DNA of 64,000 nt from Paraspadella gotoi (Eukaryota > Animalia > Chaetognatha), in contig CM119270.1 of NCBI GenBank assembly GCA_051294375.1, positions 959,238 through 1,023,237 of the forward strand, written 5' to 3'. Every line of letters begins with the position of its first letter. Position 1 is the first letter of the stretch. Both the position numbers and the translations under genes were made by a program. Of this stretch, positions 14,101 through 26,100 are shown one piece after another. The notes beneath the pieces are model-generated. The model saw only the letters and a list, made by a program, of their open reading frames with translations, was not told the origin of the DNA and searched no databases.

Positions 14101-17100
14101 TGTCTCATGTAGTCCATTTTAGGCCAATTTCAATTCGCCTAATACGCAGTAAGATAACTGATGAGAATTAAAAATGGTTCATTTTTGAATCAGGAATTTT
14201 CATTTTTCTTTTTTATTAGCTTAGGTCACGTTTTCAGGGCTGCATAGTCTTAAGAATTAATTGAGATATGCTTTAATCGATAGAAATTGGTGATGGCAAT
14301 TTTGGTTTGAAAACGATATCAAAGTGTAATATTTCTATGGAAATGATGTAGCAGAATAATTTGTAGATTATTTCAAATGAGATTAAGTTTTTGATTTGAT
14401 ATCCTGCTAATAATGATAACTCGAAAATATTAAACATACTTTATTATGAAAGGCATGTTAATAATCGGTGATTAATCGAACAACATGAGTTAACGACAAA
14501 ATACAAATGACATTTAAAAGTTATTTCCAATTTAATTGTTGAAATGATCATTCGTCCCACCTCATACGGTTCCCACTTGTCCCATCCCACGCCCACCTTT
14601 ACCTCTGCCCCCCTCCCTGCCCTAAAAGGTGGACGCGGCTCTTGGCGCGGAGGAGATGGTGGAACTCTTGACGGAACGCAACCTGCAGCTCGAAGAAAAG
14701 GTGGCCGAGATGCAAGAGAGCTTGGACGATCTCGAGGCCATGAACGAGATGAACGAGGAGCTGCAGGAGAACGCCCGAGAGACTGAGATGGAGCTGCGCG
14801 AGGAGTTGGACCTCAACAGCGCGAAGATGCACGAGAGTCACCGACAGTTGGAGGCGACCAAGTACACCATCGCCGACTACGAGGCCACCGTGCAAAAGTT
14901 TAGGGATCTGGTCGCGCAGCTGCAGGAGCAGATAAGGGAGCTGCGGGAGGAGTCGTCCACCTCGGCGACTGGAGCGACGACGGCCGCCGCCGCTGCAGCC
15001 GCTTCGGAAGCAGCCGCCATTGAATTTGATTTTAAGGTGTGCAAGGGGGGGGGTAGTTGGTGAAAGCAAGTGAGAGCGAATCGCGGGGGAATTCTCGTTA
15101 ATTCTTTGTCTTTGCCTTTTTTTTTCTTTTCTTTACTTTTTATTATAATAAATTTGAATTTAATATACCAATCTTTTGACAAATTAAGAGTCAAACTCAT
15201 ATTCTTAACCAGGATATATCTTCATTCCTTCCGCAGACCAAATTCGCCGAGACGAAGGCCTATTCTCAAACGATCCAGATGGAGCTTCGTTCTCTCGATC
15301 TGGAACAGAGCTACCATCAGGTCAAGCTGCTCACTTCCTTCATGCCAGACAGCTTCTTTAGACGGGGCGGGGATCACGACGCTTTGCAAGTCCTGCTGCT
15401 CATTCCTCGTGAGTTTTTAATTCGTTGGATGTCGGATGAGTTTTTAGTTTTTTTTGTTTTGGCTATAGTTATACTATACTATACTATACTATACTATAGT
15501 TATACTTATTAAGTATAAGTATAGTAAAATATACTTATGGCCGCAACGAGCCAGCGCGAGGTGGAAAATTCTACCGAGATTTAAACAAAGAGCCGAATTG
15601 ATTTAGAAAATTATCTTTTATTCTTTATTATATTTTTATTTTGTCTTATCCTTCTTCTTTATTTCTCGTTACATTAAATTGGCATTAATCTTCTCTAATA
15701 AAGTGAAATTAAAATTCGGGTGAATGCCAACTCCCGCGCTCTCGGTTTGCCGATCGAGGCTTCTTAAGATCCTCCACGCCGGATTCGCCCATTCCTTGGG
15801 TTGGGAGATGGTGAGAGAAGAGATGGGGGACGAAATGAAGAGAGAGGGAGAGAGAGACAGACAGACTGACTACTAACCCCCTTGTCCCGCCATTCCTTCG
15901 TTGATGATGCCATCGTTGACCACCGGCTTGGCTGACGTTCTATCCCACAATCAAAATGAGAGAAATCTTAAAAAGATGGATGATATCGTCTTGCTCATAT
16001 TCTCCCAACAGAAAAAAAAAACCTTGCTGATCTGATGGTTTCTGCCAGGCTCTTCGTCTCAAGATGAATCGTCTGAAGGTCCGACGGAGTTTGCGGCAGC
16101 TTTCGATTTTTTGTCTGTAAAAATTTTAAAAAACCTTACCAAGTGGTAAAATTGTCCATGAAATTGGTAAGGCGCAACAATGTATATGCTTTTATCAAAT
16201 AAAATTAAATGAATGTACCAATTTCATAAAATTCAGATCCTTGTATTGTGATGCTAGCGCGGGTATCATATAGTATTCCCCGATCTAATACTTAAGGGAG
16301 TGGTCTTTTCATACAATTGAAACATTCTTTGAAATATTATACCACTTCATTGATAGGGAAGCCAAGTACTCTGAGAGAGTCTTGATTGAAAGCTTGCAGG
16401 GACCTGCTATGTCTTTATCTTGTAAGAGTGATGGAGGCCTTAATCCACCAAAGCCTGTCCAATGTCAGATAGCTTATTTATTAAATGAATGGATAATTTT
16501 TATATTGGATGTACCAATTTCTTAAATAGGCTATATTTTCCGTGACATTGCACAAACTGTGGTGAGTTTAGGCCTCCATCCCTCTTACAATATATTAAGA
16601 GTCCCTGCAAGCTTTGTGGCTTATTATCTCCCAAAGCACCTTTTTTTATCAATGAAGTAGTATAATAGTTTTTAGACGGATCTGCTAATCAGCAGATCCC
16701 TGCTTTATAATCCACTTTGTCTGTCCGTCGGTCCGAACCCTAAATCTTGTCGATAAATCAGAATATAGAATTATGATAAATTATGCAAAAAAAAAAATAT
16801 GTCCGTCTGTTTGTATGTCCGTCCGTCCCCCCTTGGCATTAAAATCAAATTAAAGGATTGATAGATGGATGGATGGCTTTGAAGGAAATTTTGTGTATTG
16901 GTAGGAAAGTGTTTGATTGAGCTGGTTAAGTTTCGATGGAATAAAAAAGGAAATTGCAAGATTAATCATAACATCTCAATCGCTGCTTACCGCTAAATCC
17001 CCGTGTGCAGATCCGGCGTTGTTTGCTCAAACTTGTTTTGATTATCACCTCTCTTCGCTAACCCCTCCTCGCTAACCCCTCCTCACTCACCTCTCCTCGC

Positions 17101-20100
17101 TCACCGCTCCTCGATCACCTCTCTTCACTCACCTCTGGCAAGAGCCATGTGAGTCCAGCGCACACGAGCGTCAAAGTTCCGAAAAGAGTCACGATGATTT
17201 CGGGATGAGTTTTGAACAGAGTGGGTCTTCAATCCAAAACAAAATTAAAAGGAATTCAATTCGTACATATAACTAAGTTTAAAGAGAACTAAATGAATTA
17301 ATAAATAGACCGTTCATTAAACGGCAGTCCGTGCTCTTTTTATCAAGACTGTAGCATCAGGCTTCTGGCGGGTTAAACGCCCCATTCCACTCAACTCGAG
17401 GCAGCCACCGGGCGAGAACCCTGGACCTTAGGCTTGAGAGACGAACGCATTGCGTCCGGCTCCCACGGTCTCCATAAAAGGTTAAAATATCATTAAATAC
17501 TGATTTTAGTTTAAAGCAAAACTTACGACAAGGTTGAAAATATCGTGAATATTCTGGCTATGGCGGAGCATATACCCATCATCGTCGTTCTCACCGTCGT
17601 CGGGAACACCTTTTCGTTGGGGAGTGAGATGGGAGAATGGGTAAGAATAGCTGAGCTGATATCATTTGCCGATTAGTTCTTTTTTACCTCTGTCTGAAAG
17701 AGATTGACCAAAAGAACGGCCGCAGTCACGGCCAATTTTCCCATTAAGTAAAACACGTATTTTGCGATTACCGGAAGATTTTTCTGAATGAAATTCCACG
17801 TTCCCATCACGAGGAATGGAAGTCCTGTTGGACAAGTTCTCAATCAATTAATTGGTCGCCGAAAAAATGCTTTGGTCTCAAACCAACCGGCCATCATGAA
17901 CACTAGAGACACGCCCACTCGTCTTGGACATTTTCTGTCGAGAATAAAGCAAAGAGCTGGGACCGGAATCTCTGCCAAACCGAGCAGAATCATGTTCACG
18001 TGTCTGGGGAATGGGATTATACGTCACGTTATTAACTTTAAATCCCAACACGAATCTCGATACTCGATAATGTCTGACCTGTCGCTTTTGAACAGTTCGT
18101 TTGAGCTAAGCGCCAGCGCATAGTAGTAGATAACGACGATGGTTCTCATGAAGATAAATAAAAAAAGGCAACGCCACAAAACTATGAGCGAAAAAGGTAA
18201 CGCCACAAAACTATGAGCGAAAAATAGGAACGCTACAAAAAATACAGTGCAAAAAAAGAAGTGCAAATAAAAAAGCGTCAATGAAATACAAAATTAAAGT
18301 AGTGTCGCATCAATTATGAAAAAGAAATATCGCCTTCAAAATAATAATATAGCAAGATAGCTTATTTATTAGATGAATGGATAATTTTTATATTGATTGT
18401 ACCAATTTCATAATATCATAATATAATATAATATTAAACTGACCCGGCGTCATTTTCCGCTTCTTCTTCGCCTGGTAGTCTGTCAGAATCCCTTGCTCGC
18501 TCTCCCCGCTTAACGTCCCGCTGATCGACTTTTGCGATTTGTTACTCTCTAGCAGATTCAATTTCAATACTGGAAGAAAAAAAAAATTTCGTTGTATGCT
18601 ATTTATATGATCAATTGATCATTCACTTGCCGTTTTAAGTGACTGTAATTTATTTTCATAAGTCAGTCTTACACTCTTACGTCGTTTATGGAGTCGTTGT
18701 AAATGTGTGCATAGTATTTGTGGTATCATAGTGTATCTCCTATCGGATATCGTTCTCCTCGTTACGGTTTTCTTTTTATCGTCGCAATCGCTTGCGCTTC
18801 CGACGATTATGGAATAATGGTCTCAATAAATGGAGTCGTCGTCGTTTGCATTTCAAATTATATTATATTTTTATATTATTTGTATTTGTATGAAGCTAAA
18901 AATTTAGGTATATATTCTCATCATCAAGGTCCTTGAAGACTGATGAGGTGATGTATTAAATCATATAATAAACATATTATAAAAAAAAGTTTCAGCATCG
19001 AACTCGCGATCGCAGTCGCGCATGTTATCATTTTACCATCTTTCACCATTCTTTTTTCAATCCATCATCTCTCATACATTTATTCATTCAATTTTTTTAA
19101 TTAAATTAAATTAATTAAATTCGTTCAATTTAATTATTTCAGTTTATACTTTTAAATTAATTTATTCATTATAATTTATTTATCTCAATTCTTTCAATTA
19201 TTAAAATTAAATTTTAAATTTAATTCATTTATTCATTCAATTTTGAGTGAATGTGTTTGTCATGTGTCGAGTTTTTTTTTATGTTATTTATTTTTTTGTT
19301 ATTTATTTATTCTGTTGTGGCTAAATGAATTCCGCAATGTACCTTTTATCTCTTTTGACGTATTCTTGTCTCTATTTCTGCCTCTGAATGATACTTTCTT
19401 GCTCTCTGTACTGTTTATTAAAAAATAAAATATATTGGTTGTACCAATTTTATATAAAAGATACTGTGGCGAATCTTAAATTCGCCTCCCGTATAGCCTG
19501 GTGAAACTCAGCTCGTCACATTGGCTTGGGCAGCTAAGTACTCGTTAACCAACCGTGAGTTCCGGGTTCAATCCCCTCACGGTCACGCTGGTTAAAGTTT
19601 GATGGTGTCGGCATAAACACGCCAGTGACATGGTCCAAAGCCCTGAGCGCCAGCTGTCGGGAGATGCCTCACACCCCAGGCATCACACATGCCCCTCCGT
19701 TACCATAATACAAGCTTAAAATTAAGTGACCTCTTTGTGCTGCCCCTCCTGAGTCGAGGCGCTCTTGATCCACCGCCACGTGTCGCCGAGGTCGACGAGG
19801 AATCCAGATTCTCGTCAAACTTTGGCGTTGACGGAACCGTGGAGAAGTTGCCAATTTCCAAGGTCTTTTCATACTCTAGCTCCTCTTTTACCGCCACCAG
19901 TTCCGTGATGTTTTTGGGGTTGCACTTGATGGTCGCCTCTACGATTTTCTAGCAAATAAAATGGGTCTAGTTCTTGTGGATGTATTTTATGATTGGCTTA
20001 ACCATGTTCTGGTAAATGAGATTGGTCGATGTCTGATGCTGTGAGTGTTACATCTTTACGATTCTCATTCGCGACAACATGAATGTAGGACTACTATGAT

Positions 20101-23100
20101 GGTATCAAACCTATTTGCTACAAATACATTAAAGGCATGTTGTTCGCTAATCTCCAAGCCAAATTATTCATCTCAAGTAATATCCAATTTTACTCTTGCC
20201 TTAAGGGTTTTCCTCGCCATTATTTCAAAGTCCCGATATAAAATCGGGTCCGACTTGTACTGGTTGAGCTGCCACCGGATGCTCTCTGGGATCGTAAATA
20301 TTAAGCCGAAAGCGACCACAAAGAGAATCGCCTCGTACCAAAGCCACGGTCGCCATTTGGGAATAACTGATCGTGGGATAGTGTTGCCCGGGATGGGGAA
20401 GGGTCATGTTGGGCAGGGATTTGAGAAGGGGTTGAGAGGATTAATGCCGTTTTCGTATATATCAACGAAGGAAGTAGTACTTAAATGATATTTTGAGCAT
20501 AAATGTTCATTTTTCAATCAATAGGTACTTTCTTTTTATTTAATTGTCTTTTTATGCTTTTCCAACAAAACCTGAAGATAAAACTTCTGTTGTGTTTGTA
20601 GTTAATTTTAACTCCAAACTGGATCTAGACGATATATTGAATTCTCGTCCTCATTTATTTGGTTTTCTTTCTTTCTCACCGTAAGACGAAACAGGTAGAG
20701 TGATTTGCGCCGTCGTCGTCGCTGTCTGCGCCACCATCGCCATCCAGATTCGTCGATGCGGCGGATTCATCTCATACATCAAAACCGTGCCCACTCCTGG
20801 TGGCCAAATGACAAGGGGAATATTCTGGCAACAGCCTGGCTGCCTGTGATGCGCGGCTGTAGCATCAGAAAGTAGTTAGGACTGTGAATGGAACCAACCG
20901 GTCAGCGTTGCGTAGCCCATTCCACCGAGAAAACGCATTGTGATGAGAACGATAGAGCTAGAGCTGAGAGCCATCATCGAGTCGACAAATATAAAGGCAA
21001 AGCACATCCCAGCGATGACTGGTTTTCGACCTGTAGGGGATGTCGAGGTCACAAATAAAATTACTGCTTTTCTATAATATTAGTATATTAGCTAATGTTT
21101 AAAATAAGCAAATAAAAATCTACTGAGAGACTTGCCAAGTCATACTTTCTCTGGATCGAGCCACAATAAAGTGACAACCTCACCGATGAGAGCCTGCGTC
21201 CGCGGGCGACAACGAGGGACGCCGCTGCCAGTTTTACCCAGTAGCTGCGCTACGGGGGAAGGAACCTTGGCACGATGAGTGTGCACTACTCTACCGATGG
21301 TGTCGGCGGCCGGCACGCAGATAATGTAGGCAAAGGCGCTACCGATGAAGTAAAACGCGTCTTCAAGTCTCACGATATAAGAGCGAGAGCAAATGGAGTC
21401 GAAGGTCATGACGGTGGTTTCATCGGAGGGCGACTGGTAGAACAGGCTGCGGTCGAAGGTGGAAGGGAAGAGGAGTCATAATCATTAGATTTTGTCAATA
21501 ATCTTGGTCCTAATTTTTATCCTCATCTTAATTTTTGGCGGCCACCTGGAGTCGTTTAAGACGCATTTAGGGAAGTCCTTCACTACGCCCAATTCTGAGC
21601 ATGCGGGCTTGGCCGGTTTGTCCTCCATGTAGCGCGTTCTCACGCAGTCATTTTTTTTTGGACAGAGTTTTTTCATGTCCTTAAACTTGAAGTTTAAACT
21701 GTCCTCGGCTTTGTATGGGAAGGTTCCTATCAGGAATGGAACTTGAAAGTTTTAAACTGCCAAGATAGTTCAGGTTGTCAAATCAGTAAATGAGTAAATT
21801 TATTGAAAAACGACTGCACTTGTCCATTTAATTGAAGGATAATAAATAAATAAATTGATAATGATAATTGATAATCCTTCTGACCGGAATCGTTGACGAC
21901 GGCGCAGAACATCGGGGGAAACCAAGAGAGGAGCGGGACCTTCTGCAGGTTGTGGACGGTGAGGTGGAGGGCGAGGAAGAGGACGATGCAGAGCCGGAGC
22001 GGGTAAACCCTCGAACATCCCAGCGCAGTGAAGACCTGATCCAAAATCATCACCCCTTTTTTTTCGCTTTACCTCGCGCCTCGATTTTTTTAACGAAGTT
22101 TTATGTTCTAATTCTTTAAACCTTTTTTTCTCGTTGCTCTTTTTTTTTAAACCGAGTATGGAAGCGCTACTTATGCTCGATTTATTAAAAGTTTGTTGCT
22201 TAATTCCACCTTTTCTCGCTGAGCCCCCGAGAAAAAAAGATGGTTTATATGTTAAGCGGCAATCGATATTTATATGACTCATAGCTAGGGCCTCAGAGAG
22301 AGTCACGTGACTAACCCACTTATCAGCCCACTAGGTTTTCTCACTTTCTACATTGTTAATCATATAGAGAGAGAGAGACAGGCAAACTTTTGTTTACTCT
22401 CCACTTTCGCCCCACCGAATCAGGCATGATTAAAAAGGCGGAACTCCTGTCTTCCCAAATCGTGAACAAATTCGAGATTCCCGAGGAAATGGAAAGAGCT
22501 CACGTCTTCCTCTCCTCAAAGGGCGAACAGGCCTCCTTCGCCTGCGCCCTCGTCTATCAACTCGCGCGCCTGGTCGCCATCCTCTCGCGCTACGAGACCA
22601 GCCTGGCCACCTGCCCCGTGCACCTTTACTTGAAAGTGGGGACTCTGTTCCAAGTGAGTCGGCGCGCAATTCGCCAATTGAGATAATTGAGATCAATTTC
22701 CGTGTCTTTTAATTGGAGGTTTGAATTATAATTTCACGGTTACTTCCAATAAGATTTTTAATCATTTAGTTTTTTTCAAACAAACATATCGACGTTTTAT
22801 TATAAAATTAGAGCTCAACTTCTCTTTCTCTTTTTCCCATCCCAAAGGAACTCTCCATCCACGAGAAATGTCTCGACTACTTGACCGAACTCCTTCGCAA
22901 AGATCAACTGGATGAGACCATCAGCCTGGACAACCTCGAGAAATCCCTCGCCTTCTTCCACCACCTCTACAACGTGCACCTGGCTTCTGATCAACCCGCG
23001 TCGGGCGAGGGCGACGCCGCTTCCCGCCCGCTGCGGTGCACGCGCCTTCTGACCAATCACGTGCGACTGGTGCAGGCGGCGGCCGACTGCGTGCACGCCG

Positions 23101-26100
23101 ACCTAGGCCGCCTCAAGTTCTTGGCGCCGCCGGCGTCCGGAGAGGCGGACGACATCGCCGATCTCTTCAAGGACCTCGACGTCTGCAACGACGACTGCAA
23201 GCAGTTCATAAAGAAGATCCGGCGCCGCGTGCCGGCGATGACTGCGTCGCCGCAGGGAAAGGCCGGACGCGGCGGCGGCGCTGGTCTCAGCGCAGCCTCT
23301 TTGGTCTTCGACGAGACCGTCGAGGAGAGCCTTCAAGCCTGCGCTGAGAATGTGCACAAGATCGTGGCGGCGCTGCAGGAGATGGCTCAAGTGGGTTTCT
23401 TTTCAGTGTCGTGGGACATGATAATTATAAAAAATTTATAGTAATAATTATTATTTAAAATTCTGTTCTCAATGTAACCGATAAATGATCTTTTAATTCT
23501 CCACTTTGTCCTCCTTTTTCCACTTTGTCCTCCTTTTTCCACTTTGTCCGTCCTTTATCACTTTTTCCTCCCTTTTCCACTTTGTCCTCCCACTTTGTCC
23601 AGGCTGCGCAACACGAGGCGGCGCTGCAGTCGTCGTCCGAGTCGGGGGAAGAGCTCCCGCGGAAGAAGATGGAGGATCTCGCCTTCCGCGTCACCGATAA
23701 GATTTTCGGACGGGAGGATCAGGTTTTTACAAATGCAGGAGTTCTATACCTATATACCTATACACTGTACACACTGTACAGTGTATACACTGTATACAGT
23801 ATAGGTCTTATAGGTCTTAATTAAAAAAAAAATCCAATAATTAATTAAAGGGGCCCTTCGAGAGTCTCAAGTTGTCGCAAGGCGCCGTCATCGTCGTCAT
23901 GAACAAATTGGCCACCGCCATGCAGGTTTTTTTTTTTTTTTGCGTCGTATTTTTATTGTTGTTTTGTTTGTTTTGGTCCAATGGGAATCTGTTTTTTCAT
24001 TCGTTTGGATGTATTCCATATTAAGGGCGACGTCTAATGTGGACAAGAAGAAGGCGCATACCATTTCCATTGTAATAATGTACAGTTGCAAAGAAGGTGT
24101 AATAATGCGTATTATAAGCTTGAAGCGCGCGTCCATTCATCTAACTCGTCGACTAGAGAGAACCGAATCGAGGATAAAATCAATCAATCGATCAATCATT
24201 CGATCAATCAATCAATCAAAACTCAATTCAGGAGGGCGAGTTCGACGCGGCGCCGGCCAAGGAGGCGTCACCCCCGCCGCCTTCGGGTCCCGTCGTGGAG
24301 CGAGCCGAAAAAGTCAAGGCGGAATTTGAAGACGCGGAAAATCTCAAGATCAAACTCGATCACAAGGTGAGGAGGAGGATGAGGATGATGAGGAGGAGGA
24401 TGACGATGATGAGGAGGAGGAAAAATTAAACAAAGAAATTGGTTTCATTGAATTCTGCCCGTCCCTATAAAAGATCCAATTTTTAGTGTCTAGAAGGAAA
24501 TACAATTATTAATAATTATTCATTTAATAATTCATTATACTAATAAAAATTAAACAAAGAAATTGGTTTCATTGAATTCATAAACATTGAATTCACTACA
24601 ATGAATAATTGATCTAGAAATTAGAGCGTTTAATGAATTCATGCTCTTCGGTGCATTCGACTGATAATGAGTCGAATTCGACCTTTCGACCACCTAAATC
24701 AGTCGCTGCGACTTTTCGACCGTTTGCGAGTCGAAAAGTGGTCGAATAACTGCTCTGACTATACCTCGGAGGATGACGATGATGATGAGGAGGAGGATGA
24801 CGATGATGAGGAGGAGGATGACGATGAGGAGAAGAGGGATACAAACATGCCGATCTCCTTTGCTGGATTGATGACTTTACTACTGCAGGAAAGCAACACG
24901 CGTCGTCCGTTGTTTCAGCTTCCGTCTTGATCTGCTTCATCGATTTGCCGACCGATGCTCCGTCCGCAAGTGATCGATGACTCGGCGGCGCTGGCGCCGC
25001 TGACGATGCAGGAACGCACGGAACTGGAGGGGGAAACGGGTAGAGAACTGTAGGCGGGAAAGAAAAAATTGACGGTCGAGAGGGTAGGGAAGAGTCGGAA
25101 AAAACGAGATGGTAGGAGAAGGCTTGGGTAAGGAAAAGGGACACGAAGTCACGGCGGATCGGGCCGATGCCCGATGGAAAGAGCGCGTCTCCCGACTGCA
25201 ACGGATGTCGACGAAGTCGTCGTTGGTCGGGTGATGACGATGCTATCCCTTTGAAGAGACAACCGGCGCCGTTGAAGTCACCGGAATGCGATCGAGGAGA
25301 TCCTGTTGAGAAAAAAACATCAGACATATCAATATCATGATTCTCCAGGATATCACTCATCGTCTTGTCCATTACGTCACCCATTACCAGTCATGGGTAG
25401 TTTTACACACTAACTTATCTTCTGTCGACTTCAGATTTCACTTTAACCAAATCCTCTCTTAAAGAACGATCATATCACTCTGTCTTCCATAAACTTTTCC
25501 ATTCTTTCTCTCTCTCTCTCTTTTAGTCTTCTCTCCACAAACATTCTCTCATGTTGTCTACCGCCTTTTCAAGATTTGGGTGTACTCCTCCTCTGTCAAG
25601 GTGATCGATGTCGATCCTTCTTGCACGCCGCGCATCGATGTTCCCTCGTCCCTCTAGATCGAGGAACGACTCTCCTCAATTCGTCCGGCTGTCCTGAATT
25701 GTGATGGTTCCCACTCGCCAACTCTGGCGGTCCAGACCCGACGGCTCCCTTGATGCCATGAACCAAAATAAAATTCTGAAAGAAAAGGTAAGGTAAGATC
25801 TGCGATAGACTTGGAAGAAAAAATTATGATTGGTACGAACTATCCCGATTCAATTATTATCAATTTGTTATAAAAACTATGGCCAAGGATTTTTTACAAC
25901 TCCTTGCTTCATAAAAAAAAACCAGAACAATCTTACTTCAAATTCGATGTCCTGTTGAACTCGCAAAGGCACGAAAAAAATTGGAAAGATTGACGCGAAG
26001 CGTAATTTGGATTTTCTTTCTTTATTTGCCGCGAAATAGTTAAGCGGTGCAGAAACGAGTAATTCCTTCGGAGGCTTAAAAAAAACTTTATTCGTACCAG

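Noticed and set aside
20905-20930. GTGGAATGGG match to the twister-SINE at 17.39 kb
   Set aside because: It lies in the coding exon FLGGMG of the nested transporter, so the match is coincidental.
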